From positions 40,424,001-40,488,000 of the forward strand of contig NC_043010.1 in NCBI RefSeq assembly GCF_006345805.1: 64,000 bases of DNA. Reading direction: 5' to 3'. The position numbers and the translations under genes were made by a program. Below are positions 1-12,020 of the stretch, piece by piece (position 1 is the stretch's first letter; every line of letters starts with the position of its first letter). The stretch comes from Octopus sinensis. Lineage: Eukaryota. The notes beneath the pieces are model-generated. The model saw only the letters and a program-made list of their open reading frames with translations, ran no database searches and was not told where the DNA came from.

Positions 1-510
1 CATATTATTTTTATACATTATATTAAGCAGAGAAATTTGAAAAGTGAATTGAATCTTATTTTGAACAGGACACGGAATTACATAGTTTAATAATGTCAAA
101 TTAAATGTCTAAATCTATACAATATTAAGCTGTTGAGGGGGAAATGGTGGAATATTAAAATAGTAAAAGGGCGGAAAATAATGGCGAAGTGAGTTATTTG
201 TTTTATTCTGCATTCAGAGTTCAGGCCCCGCGAAGTTAACCTTTTGTTTTTATCCTTCTAGGATCTAAACAAATCTGTGTCATTCAATTTCAGGGAACAG
301 TTTTATCAACCAATCTCTATCACAATATGGTTGGCCTTGAATCTAAGTTTTAACTAAATACTATTATATTTTTATAGAGCTGAGCGAACACATATTGTCA
401 AGCAATTATTTGAATGCTTGAAATTTAGGCTTTTATTTAAATCCCGCCTTATTTCTATTTCACTTCTATTTAAATCGTTAACTTAACACATGTGTTTTAA
501 ATAAATAAAA

Positions 511-758
511 GCGCCCTTTTAAAGCCTAGCCAGGCTCACAGGCCCGGTTTCCCCGGTTTCAATGGCGTATGTGATCCCCAGCTGGACGGGACGCCAATCC
601 ATCGCAGCGTTACTCCTTTTTGCCAGATGATTGGACTGGAGCAACATGAAATGAAGTGTTTTGCTGAAGAACACAACGCGTCCCCCGGTCCAGGAATCGA
701 AACTACAATCTTACGATCATGATGTTGATAACCTAACCACTAAGCCACGCGCCTCCAC
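511..758 (-). mobile_element. tRNA-derived SINE (octopus OR/OK-like head, CORE-like body, 'gcctggctaggctttaaaagggcgc' tail)
   Basis: Minus strand begins gtggaggcgcgtggcttagtggttagg (A-box-like) with gtttcgattcc (B-box-like). Tail shared with the copy at 42293-42602. Confidence 0.8.
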
Positions 759-970
759 AATACCAGTATTTTACACGTTTTAATCTACATGCAGTAGATT
801 CGTGATCAAAAATATTACCGAAGTGACCATAGCATCAATTTGTGTAACTAACAATCATTGCAATGTTAGAAGAGTTGATTCTGTTTAAATGGGAAAATAT
901 GATGTAAAGGGATTTAGCTGCTCGTTTTAGGAGTCGCAGCAACCATATACATGACCCCTTGCTCGTTGAA

Positions 971-1198
971 TACTAACCGTGATATACTAACCGTGATATA
1001 CTAACCGTGATATACTAACCGTGATATACTAACCGTGATATACTAACCGTGATATACTAACCGTGATATACTAACCGTGATATACTAACCGTGATATACT
1101 AACCGTGATATACTAACCGTGATATACTAACCGTGATATACTAACCGTGATATACTAACCGTGATATACTAACCGTGATATACTAACCGTGATATACT
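971..1198. repeat. Perfect 14-bp minisatellite (TACTAACCGTGATA) x16 plus 4 bp
   Basis: Read directly: 16 identical units 971-1194, then TACT. Confidence 0.98.
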
Positions 1199-1382
1199 GA
1201 AATAAGTTCAAACGAAAGTGATGGTGAAGGACATTGCATGCGATAATTCTTATATTTTCATTTTTTACGTTTAAGCTTAAACAAAGCTAAAATAAATGTC
1301 ATTAGCGTACGTTAATTTTTATCGATTATCATTTATTTCTTTATGCTATCGATTATTACTCGTTATTTGTGGTGCTCACACA

Positions 1383-1419
<37 letters not shown>

Positions 1420-1603
1420 ACACACAAACATGTATATATGTATAACGTAAGCATTAAAAGCAAAATGAAAGAATACAACACGAGAGGGAAAGTTTTAACA
1501 AATATTGTACTTGTTCAATGCTTAAAACAAAGAGGTAAACACCGAACGTTGCAGAATCTGTACACACACACACACACACACAGACGCACACATTTATATA
1601 TAC

Positions 1604-1638
<35 letters not shown>

Positions 1639-1659
1639 TGTATGTATGTATGTATATAT

Positions 1660-1933
1660 GTGGAGGCGCAATGGCCTAGTGGTTAGGGAAGCGGACTCGC
1701 GGTCGTAGGATCGCGGTCTCGATTCCCAGACCGGGCGTTGTGAGTGTTTATTGAGCGAAAACACCTAAAAGCTCCACGAGGCTCCGGCAGGGGGTGGTGA
1801 TCCCTGCTGTACTCTTTCCGCACTCTTTCTTCTGTTGGCCAGTGGGGTGGCGTCATTCGAAGGATAAAACAATGCGAACGCATTGTGACCAGCAATGTGT
1901 AACTACATCTGATGGACTGGTCGGTCACGTGAT
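1660..1933 (+). mobile_element. tRNA-derived SINE, tail type 'cattgtgaccagc...ctggtcggtcacgtgat'
   Basis: Head gtggaggcgcaatggcctagtggttagg...tcgattcccagaccgggcg matches the copies at 34059, 42602(-) and 45942; the 3' half differs. Confidence 0.85.
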
Positions 1934-2534
1934 GGTGATGTATATATATATGTATGTATATGTATATATATGTACGTATAGATATGTACGTATATATATG
2001 TATATACTGGTCATTTCATAGGATCGTTATTTAATTCAAATCACGATTTTATCCTTATTTATATAAATTTTAAATGTATTTCGTCATTGCATTTAATGCG
2101 GTGAATGTTTTAACCATATCGCACGGGGAGTTACGAAGCGGGCAATTTAAACTGGTCGTGTTAAATACGTGCATATATATGTATGTATACTTTCGTATAT
2201 GTAAGTATTCGTATAGTGTATGTATGTAGGTATATATTTATGCTATTTTCTGTGTATATTCCACTGACGAGGCAAGGCATTTTTTATGCAGAGCCAGAAA
2301 TCCGGGATCTGGAATTACCCAGTAATTTTTGCTTGTTTTATTTTGTCTGTTTGTCTTCTCTGCAGGTGCTATATGAACATTTAATGTGGTTTAGAGTCAG
2401 ATTCTGGCTGCTATTTTCAGCATGGCGGTATCTCATAGATACCCTCAATTTTCATAATAATTATTAAATTTGAAGGTTTTTATTCCCATGTTGGCCACTT
2501 GATAAAAAAAATAAATATATATATATATATATAT

Positions 2535-2946
2535 TCTTTTACTTGTTTACTGCGGCCATGCTGGAGTACCAACTTTAGTCGAGCAAATCGACCCCGGGAC
2601 TTATTCTTTGTAAGCCCAGTACTTATTTTATCGGCCTCTTTTGCCGAACCGCTAAGTGACGGGGACATAAACACACCAGTATCGGTTGTCAAGCAATGGT
2701 AGGGGGACAAACACAGACACACAAACACACACACATACACACACATATATATATATACATATATATACATATATACGACAGGCTTCTTTCAATTTCCATC
2801 TACAAAATCCACTCACAAGGCATTGGTCGGCCCGGGGCTATAGCAGAACACAAGATGCCACGCAGGGGGACTGAACCCGGTACCATGTGGTTGGTTAGCA
2901 AGCTACCCGGAACCATGTGGTTGGTTAGCAAGCCACTCCTGCGCCT
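2535..2946 (-). mobile_element. CORE-like tRNA SINE with internal (CA)/(TA) microsatellite; 30-bp internal tandem duplication at 2876-2935
   Basis: Matches the family aggcgcaggagtggct...ggcaccttgggcaagtgtcttc...gactgaaacaagtaaaagag also seen at 28152, 44272, 49701 and 56701. Confidence 0.85.
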
Positions 2947-3001
2947 GTATATATGCGCCTATGTATATATATATATATAGCATAGATAATATGTTTGTAT
3001 G

Positions 3002-3055
<54 letters not shown>

Positions 3056-3722
3056 AAACGTATTGTATATAAGAAAAACGACAGGTATAAAACATATAGC
3101 CTATACTGAGGGTACAACCAGACGGGAGGCAGACATAGATGGTCCCTAATTCTTCATCAGTTATCACCCAGGTAATATTACTCAGTTTTACACCATTAAC
3201 GATTAAACTGACTACTTTCCATGCTGAGAGTGACTGCGAAAGTTGCGGAGAATATTGGGCCGAGAGTAAACAAAACAATACAGAGTGGATATACGAAAGT
3301 GAATAAATGTAGTTTAAGACGATGATATTATATATATATATATATATATATATAGATATATATATATATATATATATATATCATATATATATATCACTCA
3401 ATTCATGTATGTTTAGCATATTTAAAGTGTATTTATCTGCTGTCATGGCCTTATACATATAGTAAAATATATGCATAGATATGGATGCACACACACATGT
3501 ATATATACATACTCCGAATCGTGTATGTATAGACATATCTAAAATGTATTTATCTGTATTCATGGCTCTATACAAATGTATGTGTATATATATGAGCGTC
3601 TTTGTATGTGTGCATTAAATACAGTCATATATGTATATTCACGCACACATGCATATCATAACTATCATACGTACGCAGGCATATCATATACGAATATGTG
3701 TGTGCAAATATGTTTACACATT

Positions 3723-3816
<94 letters not shown>

Positions 3817-4068
3817 TATATATATATTATATATATATATATACATATATGTATCTGTATAATATATTTATATTATATATATATATACCACAAACTATTT
3901 ATATATATATATATATATATTGCATGCATATATTATAAGGAGAGATAGAATGAGGGCGAATGAAAGAATGGAGAGACTCTGTATGTTTGCGTCTGAGAAT
4001 TATGATTGAAATTTATCTTATGCTATTTCAAGGGGTTGTGATTCGATAATAAACTAATAGCCATTCTG

Positions 4069-4168
4069 NNNNNNNNNNNNNNNNNNNNNNNNNNNNNNNN
4101 NNNNNNNNNNNNNNNNNNNNNNNNNNNNNNNNNNNNNNNNNNNNNNNNNNNNNNNNNNNNNNNNNNNN
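4069..4168. other. Assembly gap (100 N)
   Basis: Run of 100 n. Confidence 1.
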
Positions 4169-4300
4169 ATGCATACACAGAAACACACTCTCGAACAGTA
4201 AACGTTTATGTCTTTTCATTACCGCGTGATGATAATATGTCGTGGGTAGGTCCTTTCATTCAGACTGTAAATGCATTTCATCGAAACAATTTCTTTCTAC

Positions 4301-4543
4301 TTAGATGTATTTGGTTTTAGGACTTACACAATTCAGATAGGTTGCTGTCTTACATCTTCATGGCGCCAGTCTGAGACATACAATAATTGGTGCTTTTTTG
4401 TTTTTCTTTTTACACACTATACATTTGTCTATACCATATATCCATTCCCCACAGCAGGGAGCAAATTTGTTATTTTCTCCACGATAACATTCTTCACATA
4501 TCCTTGAGCCATTGCCGGTAATATGGAATGAGAATGTAATATA
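4301..4543 (-). pseudogene. Possible decayed Cys-rich zinc-finger (PHD-like) reading frame
   Basis: Manual translation YITFSFHITGNGSRICEECYRGENNKFAPCCGEWIYGIDKCIVCKKKNKKAPIIVCLRLAP*RCKTATYLNCVSPKTKYI*, with one internal stop. Cys spacing is loosely like tandem PHD fingers. Confidence 0.2.
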
Positions 4544-5432
4544 TTAAACTATTCTCTCCGCTGACAATTCTTCGAATTTATTGAAGCCATTATGGTTGGC
4601 ACATTCGAATAAAACGTTTTAATGATATGTATTGAATTTTACCTACAAGTGGCCATGTTCCATGTGATAGGCTAGGTACCTAACATAAGGACAATTCATC
4701 ACGTATTCACTAAGCATTAAAATTATAGGATATCAGCGAAATATTGTTGGCCCTTTGCGTAGTTGTTCACCCTATTAGAAATAGCAGCCTAAAACCCCCC
4801 AAATTTTACCTGTTTTTTTCTTAGAGAAGCGAAGACATCAGATAATGCAGTCTGACGCCTTCTAAAATGAAGGAATTTGAGCAGTTGGGAATACTTTTGT
4901 TAAGACAGGGGAAGCGGTTTGAGCATAATCTCTGTTGATCTTAAGTTTTTACTTGATTTAGATTACAATCGGTATGTTTGTTTCAAAATAAATGTCAGCT
5001 TTCTTCCATCACGTCAATTTTGTTCTACTTCCTACTCATCGAATAAGCGAAAATGTAAACAAACTTGCATCTTTTTTTCTTAGAATCGTTGAGATGTATT
5101 GAAATATACAGATATGGAAATATTTTATTCCCAAATGCATAATAATAATAATAATAATAATGCCGAATAGCATGAACTGGATAGAACATCTTTATGTTGC
5201 AGAAAAATATGTTAGCGGCCAGCCATGAGATACGAAGATACATCTCTGTGATGACCGGTCACAGTGCTTTACCTTTAAGCTAAACTGCCTACAAACAAAT
5301 TTTTCTGCAATATAAGGATGTTCTGCCATATTTATGCTATTCGGCATTATTAATATGCGTTTCAGAAGAAAATGTATTGCTTGACCGTAAAAGATAGGAC
5401 TAGTACGTTGGTTTTTAATATTTTATTGATAA

Positions 5433-6075
5433 CACTGGGGGAACATTTTCGAAAAAAAATGTTTTGTTGCCTTGTTTTACTAAAATATGAAACTAACACA
5501 AACCAAATAGTACTTTTTATTGTTTAACAAATGTATCACATAAAATATTTAATCTCACATCTAAGGATAGATATTTCTATCAGACTGGGGTTTCAGCTGT
5601 TCACTTTAATAACTTGTATCACGACATTCTCTTTGCCGGGATCAGCAGTAGTCAGCCATCATGTTTATATTTTCCCTGCCTTGAAACCTAGTCTCCAAGC
5701 TCTCGATGTCTTGGTAGAATTTTTCTCCTGCTCATCATTTATTGCGCTATGATCTTCAAGGAAATAACCCAGATGACTGAACAGAAAATACAATTTGACT
5801 CGCATGTTACAGCCCAGTGCTGGAAAACTGGTTCAGCGTCTGCATAATTCGTTCATAGTTTGATGATATCCTATTTCTCAGGAAATCAGACAAATTACAG
5901 AGAAAGTATACCGTGCTTCTTTTTCAACGCCAGACAGTCTCCAGAAGAAGCTCGTCCTGCGGTAAGAGCCTTATCTATGAAACACACCAAACTTAATTTC
6001 TCATGAGACAAATCTGAAAACTTTCTGCTTGAGTATTTGAAACACTCATTGATTCAGTGTTTCAACACATGCATT
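5433..6075 (-). mobile_element. Chapaev3-like (CMC) DNA transposon 3' end with decayed transposase C-terminus
   Basis: Frameshifted translation ECFKYSSRKFSDLSHEKL / LSGVEKEA / ALGCNMRVKLYFLFSHLGYF / DEQGEKFYQDIESLETRFQGRENINMMADYC matches the GCNMS.K.HFL.SHL..F...EQGERFHQDI..ME.RYQG..MMADYCW motif. The terminus reads CACTG at 5433 next to TAA (TWA-type target). Superfamily name assigned from recall of the motif. Confidence 0.7.
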
Positions 6076-6090
6076 ACACACTATATAAAA

Positions 6091-6302
6091 CAATCCATAT
6101 AAAACAGATGGTTTACTATAATATTATACATTTTGAACCCATACCTGGTGCTACTCAGTTCATTTGAGAGTGGGATCAGTGCCCTACAAAAGAGTATTGG
6201 GGAGAGGGTTCCACCTTGAAAGATGCCTCGTTTGATGTTGATGTTGTTAGATTAGCTCATTCTATTACGATGGTTTAAAAGGAAACGTGTATTCCACTTG
6301 GC
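6091..6302 (-). mobile_element. R4/Dong-clade non-LTR reverse transcriptase fragment
   Basis: NINIKRGIFQGGTLSPILFCRALIPLSNELSSTRYGFKMYNIIVNHLFYMD corresponds to RT domains 4-5 (RGIFQGDSLSP..FC.AL.PLS; HL.YMDD). Confidence 0.8.
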
Positions 6303-6303
<1 letters not shown>

Positions 6304-6365
<62 letters not shown>

Positions 6366-6462
6366 CATTATTATTATTATTATTAATATTATTATTATTA
6401 TTAATAATATTATTATCATTATTATTAATATTATTATTATTATTATTATTAATATTATTATT

Positions 6463-6493
<31 letters not shown>

Positions 6494-6515
6494 TATTATT
6501 ATTATTATTATTATT
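6304..6515. repeat. (ATT)n microsatellite, interrupted
   Basis: Read directly. Confidence 0.95.
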
Positions 6516-7026
6516 GAGTGAGAGAGCAGTGCATGCAATCAAAGTGACACTGGGGTAAAATATACGAATCCCAGTAAACCCATCATGACTACCCGTCTGA
6601 TAAGGGTACACTAGGTACATGCATCACAAACATATGTGCGCGACATGGTGATCTCATATCAAGATAAATAGCACATGACCTTGCAGGTGGAGCCCAGTTA
6701 AAATTTTCTTCTGGTCGAGTAGCCCATCCCGCTCAAAACGTCCCTGAAGAAGGATTGTTTAAGGATGTTGAACGAACCACCCATGTTTCCAAGTGTGAAT
6801 TATGCAAAATTCCAAGAATTCCTTTCAACACACGGCTATGATGCTCCCCCACTACTTCTGCTCGTGGTCAGATATGCATATATCGTCAGCCACTAAGGGA
6901 CATGCTCAACTGGTTAAGATCAGACAACTGACAGGCAAATCTGTGGTACTGAGCAGAATATTTGCTGTAGCCCATCTTTTATACCAAGACAAAACAATGT
7001 ACATGATAACACTTCCAATCAGTTAC
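6516..7026 (-). mobile_element. Non-coding interspersed repeat ending in (TAA)n, copy 1
   Basis: Near-identical to 7074-7333 and flanked by (ATT)n on both sides. No tRNA head recognised. Strand inferred from the shared end abutting (TAA)n. Confidence 0.65.
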
Positions 7027-7073
<47 letters not shown>

Positions 7074-7333
7074 GAGCGAGAGCAGTGCATGCCATCAAAG
7101 TGACACTGGGGTAAAATATACGAAGCCCAGTATACCAATCATGACTACCCGTCTGATAAGGGTACACCAGGCACATGCATCACAACGAAACAGCGCATGA
7201 CCTTGCAGGTGGGGCCCAGTTAGAATGTCTCTTCTGGTCGAGTAGCGCATCCTGCATAAAAGGTCCCTGAATAAGGCTTGTTTAAGGATGTTGAACGAAC
7301 CACCCATGTTTCCAAAGGTGAAATATCCAAACC
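7074..7333 (-). mobile_element. Non-coding (TAA)n-tailed repeat, copy 2 (shorter, internal deletion)
   Basis: gagcagtgcatgccatcaaagtgacactggggtaaaatatacg... matches 6516 onward and lacks the segment between catcacaa and the cagcgcatgacc region. Confidence 0.65.
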
Positions 7334-7359
7334 TCCAATTATTGTTATTATTAACAACT

Positions 7360-7423
<64 letters not shown>

Positions 7424-7441
7424 TGTTGTAGTAGTAGTAGT
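7360..7441. repeat. (TAG)n microsatellite
   Basis: Read directly. Confidence 0.95.
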
Positions 7442-8410
7442 GTACTTTCCTTCTTCCACTTTGCAATGGGCAAGTTCTTATATTGCCCGATTCCCAGGGA
7501 TTGAATAATTTACAGAGTAAAAGTACTCACTCCCCTCGCATATGACACATTTCATTTGCACGGCGCTTTTACACAGGCGATAATATAAGCTGTATTAAAA
7601 CTCTACCTCACGTGTATTGCTTCGTTTTTGTTAGAGCTGTGAAAAATAACACTGGTCATGATGTACTTAAAGAATGGCCTAATTTATTATTCAAGAGCAA
7701 AATGCCCTGACAAGTAGATATACTCAAGTGTCACGAACCAAATATGCACCATTGAATTCTTAATTATTGTAATTACGGTTTCTGATGATAACCGCAGCCT
7801 CTATCTCCGTATTACTTTTAATTAATCTCTAAAGTACATCTCCTGGCTAATCAGCTATCAGTAGACCTGGTCTGAAAACATATTTTTACGACAGAAAAGG
7901 ACGTACGTATAATTGAACTGAATGAAATTCATGAATATTTTATTGACAAAGGGAGGGATCAAAATGCACGAAATTATGAAAACTTAGAAACGAGAAATAC
8001 AATTTTAAACTTGGTAAGTAGCTTTATTATATTATCTATTAGTTCTCCTAACATCTGAACTCAGCTCATTAATATCATAAATAAGACGAAGCCAGAAATT
8101 AGTTTTGTCAAGAATAACAGGCGAAAGACGATTGGCAAGACATACGTTTAAGAGAGGTTTAAACTCTGAAAAGAAACAGGCTATTATTTCTAAGAAGAGT
8201 CTAAAATTAGCAATGAATGATATTTATTATAGTTGCAAAATCATCTCTAAGTTATAACAGAGCAATATAATTCGATATAATATCTCCTGTAATAAGATAC
8301 AAAATTATGGGTGTTAGAGACACACAGTCAACTAACGGTGTTAGTTTTCGGATTAACACTATACAGACGACACCAGTGTTTCATTGTTTCATATGGACAT
8401 ATATATATAT

Positions 8411-8471
<61 letters not shown>

Positions 8472-8606
8472 TATATTAAATTAAATAAACCACTATTAGG
8501 CAAATCAAACAATGAAAAACTTAAGCCAATACATAAAATTAATTAATTCATATTATTTTAAATATAAATCAAAAGTATTAAAAGTTTAATAAGAGATAAT
8601 GAGTAA

Positions 8607-8678
8607 CACACTACGATCGTTTCATGGCTGTCCAATTCGTAATAATTCGAGTATGATTACAGTGAATCTTCAGGTAAT
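8607..8678 (-). ncRNA. Type I hammerhead ribozyme motif (left arm, minus strand)
   Basis: Reverse complement attac-CTGAAGA-ttcactgt...acagccat-GAAA-cgatc-GTA-gtgtg. Core intact; stems I and II have mismatches. Confidence 0.5.
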
Positions 8679-8703
8679 TGAAATAGCTGAGATAAATATT
8701 TCA

Positions 8704-8776
8704 ATTACCTGAAGATTGACTGTAATCATAACTCGAATTATTACGAATTGGACAGCCATGAAACGATCGTAGTGTT
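8704..8776 (+). ncRNA. Type I hammerhead ribozyme motif (right arm, plus strand)
   Basis: CTGAAGA 8709-8715; stem II TGACTGT/ACAGCCA; GAAA 8760-8763; palindromic stem III ACGATCGT; GUA triplet 8769-8771; stem I attac/gtgtt. Confidence 0.6.
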
Positions 8777-9020
8777 TTACTCATTATCTTTTATTAAACT
8801 TTTAATACTTTTGATTTATATTTAAAATAATATAAATTAATTAATTTTATGTATTGGCTTAAGTTTTTCATTGTTTGATTAGCCTATGTGGTTTTATTTC
8901 TAATTTATATAAATAATATTTTACTATAAAATTGGATTCAATCCTAAATCTGATTTTTCCCTGTAAGTTTGGATTTATTCCCTAATATTTCATTATTAAT
9001 TTATATATATATATATATAG

Positions 9021-9058
<38 letters not shown>

Positions 9059-9452
9059 GTACATATATAACAAAATAATAAATAAAACATATGCATACAT
9101 ACCTACATATATGTACGTACCTACATCTATATGCATATATACAAGCATATATGGGTACAGGACACCAAACACAACGAACACAATGAGAAACGAAAACATA
9201 AACACAAAACCAAGGAAATGGACATTTTTCTTAAACAACGAAGAAAAAAGAGTATAAGACATACAACACAAGGAACGAAATGTGGAGTAGATGAAACAGA
9301 GGCGGCTGAAGAAGGGGAATGAGCCGAATACACTAACCAACAAGCCATGCGCCTTCACAAAGAAACACACACGCATACACACGCTCACATACACATGTAT
9401 GTATATATATATAATATATACATTTACATATATACACATATTTACATATGCA

Positions 9453-9498
<46 letters not shown>

Positions 9499-9523
9499 CA
9501 CACACACATTAATATCTACATAT

Positions 9524-9880
9524 GTGGCTGAATGGTAAGAAGTTTGCTTTCCCCAAAACATGGTTCCGAATTCGATCCTGCAGCCTGGCAATTTTAGACA
9601 TGTGTCTTCTAGTATAGCAATAGGGCCGACCAAGGCCTAGCGAGCGAATTTTGTAGTGGGGATGGCGAACTGAAAGAAGCCGATCGTATATATATATGTG
9701 TGTGTGGTGTGTGTTTGTGTGTGTGTGTGTGCGTGTGTGTGCACGCCCGTGTGTTTTTATGCTGGTGCTTGGATACTGCCACTGCTCGACAACCGGTGTC
9801 GATGTGTAAGAGACCGGTAGAATGAGTACCTGGTTTAAAATGAAAAATAAGTATTACCATCGATTCGTTTGGCCAAAATT
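9524..9880 (+). mobile_element. Degenerate CORE-like SINE with internal (TG)n
   Basis: gtggctgaatggtaagaagtttgc...gtgtcttctagtatagc...aactgaaagaagcc. Confidence 0.65.
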
Positions 9881-9899
9881 ACGACATGGGTATATGTAT

Positions 9900-9970
<71 letters not shown>

Positions 9971-11170
9971 GTGCATACTTATATAGGTATATATCATACT
10001 TTGAGTTGTCTTCCCAATGCAATTTCCATTGCATAACTGGTGGTGTATTGTGTGCATTAGATGGAAAACAAGCAAACCTTAAGAGATATATCACTCCCAA
10101 ACAAACACACTCACACACACACACACACACACACTCACATAAATAAATGCGCACACATACTCGCACTCGTACATATATACATATATATATGTATATATAT
10201 GCACTCAATAAGATTTTACATTTTGTTCTACGTCGTTTGCCGTGTTTTAAAATGAGATTTCTAACTCTTAGGAATTTAGAGATTTATGTAATTTTGACTT
10301 TATATCCTTTCAACCTGAAAGGACTTTTATTCTGGTTATAAAATTAGCATTGGATATCCTTACATTCATGAAATTTCTTCAACAAATTTGTCTTGCGAAT
10401 TAAATAAAATGGTTGCAGCGCGAAAACTGAAATCAAGTTGCCGTTGCTATTTGCTCGACTGCTTGCAGCGCGCGACGCTCTCTACGAAGTTAGCTGTAAC
10501 GAACACATTGACTAAACAGATCGAAGATAAAGAATGCATGTAAAAGCTTTGTTCAATAAATATTATTCACTAAAAAAAAAAGAAAAGAAAATGTCACAAA
10601 ACCACCGCTCGGAGCATATCATTGTCCCAATGTCATTTTATATACAGTCTTCAATTACACTCGCGAGTTAACATTTTGTGTAAATACTTGCATATTTTCA
10701 TATCAAATTATATCTGCTTGAAAACCTTAGGTGATAATGCCATAGGATGAATAGAAGTACAAATATTAGCCGCCCATCTACTTCCTCGAGATTGGCAAGA
10801 ATTTTCACAAGTCAATGGAGCGAATAGAAAGAATTTTTAGATAATAACTGGATTTTATTTAGCAAATCTTTTCTGTGTTACAGGTCAGAATGTTTTTCTA
10901 GTCAGCCGTATTACAGTGGAGAACTAAAAGTTATATACAGCATCAACATCCGGTTTTCTGATACATTATTGGTATATATTTTTCAAAGAAATGTTCAGAG
11001 CTAAAGAAAGATTGTAGCCAAGTTGTTCTGTCATTATATGCATTTCATTAAGTGAGGTACTCAGGCTCAGGTCATCTAACATGCTGAACCTTATTGAATT
11101 AAGTTTATTACAAATGAAACTTATTTGCAGCCTTAACACAAGACTAATATTTTGCAGAAAATATTATTAA

Positions 11171-11568
11171 CTAGCAGTATCGCCCGGTTTTGCTCGGGTT
11201 TGTTTCGACCCTTTAGAATTGGAATTTTTGAAAAGTAGAAATTTTGAATTATGTAGCTTGTTATTCTCTTTAAGTGAACGATTTTCTGGTTGAAACACAC
11301 CGAAAAATAGCGACACAGCAGTCAAAAAATCGTAAAAAATTAGGGATTTTCATAGAAACAAAAAGCACCTTTTTGATGTAAATAATTTTTGGTGTTAACA
11401 TGGTCGGATTTGTTTTTTGTTTCTTCTACATAAGGAAGAGCAAGCCTTCTTCTATCATACTTTCAATGTTGCTCAACTTGCGCCGCAGTGTCTCGGAGAA
11501 GATACTGTTAGCTGAAGGCTTACCAAACCTGCCATACACAAACAACTTCAGCTTTATATATAGAGAGA
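11171..11568 (-). mobile_element. Non-autonomous Helitron
   Basis: Minus strand A|TC...cccgagcaaaaccgggcgatactgCTAG|T: 5' TC, subterminal hairpin, 3' CTAG, AT target, no TSD. Confidence 0.75.
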
Positions 11569-11879
11569 TTATATCGGTCCCACCCCAACTGGTCGACTCG
11601 TATATTACAGTATAAAACCAAGAAAAAACACACACCATTACAATAGTTTTTTTCCAACAGACAAAGAATTCGGCTAATTTAAAATTTAATATATATAGAG
11701 AAACTGATGTTGATAATAGTTTTCGTGTTGATATTTCCAATATGCTCTCTAAAACTTATTCACCACCAAACTTTTTTCCTTCTAGAAACGGAACTGAGAT
11801 ACGGTATTAGTGAAAAGTAATTTACCGCGGGAGCTTCGTAAAATATTCATTTCACATTTTAGCATAAGTGCCAAAATGT

Positions 11880-12020
11880 GGAATCCAGTGTTTAACTGGT
11901 ACATATTTTATCGACACCGAAAGGAAGAGAAGCTAAGACGGTCTCGGCGGCAAAAATGGATGAAATGCCGCTAAGCATTTTGCCTAGCGTGCTAAAGATT
12001 TTGCAAATTCGCAGCCGTAA
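11880..12020 (-). mobile_element. Degenerate Meta-domain-like SINE
   Basis: actggtacatattttatcgacaccgaaagg...gaaatgccgctaagcatttt. Confidence 0.6.

Larger units (their letters stand above)
8472..8997. mobile_element. Fold-back element (arms about 8472-8685 and 8697-8910, 11-nt spacer, extra right flank to about 8997) between (TA)n tracts; Penelope-like pLTR inversion
   Basis: The inner about 105 bp of the arms differ at only 3 substitutions and 1 indel. Each arm contains a hammerhead motif. Confidence 0.75.

Noticed and set aside
971-1198. CRISPR-like or telomeric array
   Set aside because: No spacers, and the unit is not TTAGGG. The 85-bp array at 62438-62921 also lacks spacers.
1660-1735. 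SINE heads as functional tRNA genes
   Set aside because: A/B-box-like motifs only; the acceptor stem is not closed and the sequence continues into a SINE body, several copies with TSDs.
3150-3230. Minus-strand GAAA...CTGATGA as a type II/III hammerhead
   Set aside because: Stems I and III do not pair.
5881-5960. AG...GTAAGA-bounded plus-strand exon candidate, open in all frames
   Set aside because: Lies on the antisense strand of the Chapaev3-like transposase remnant.
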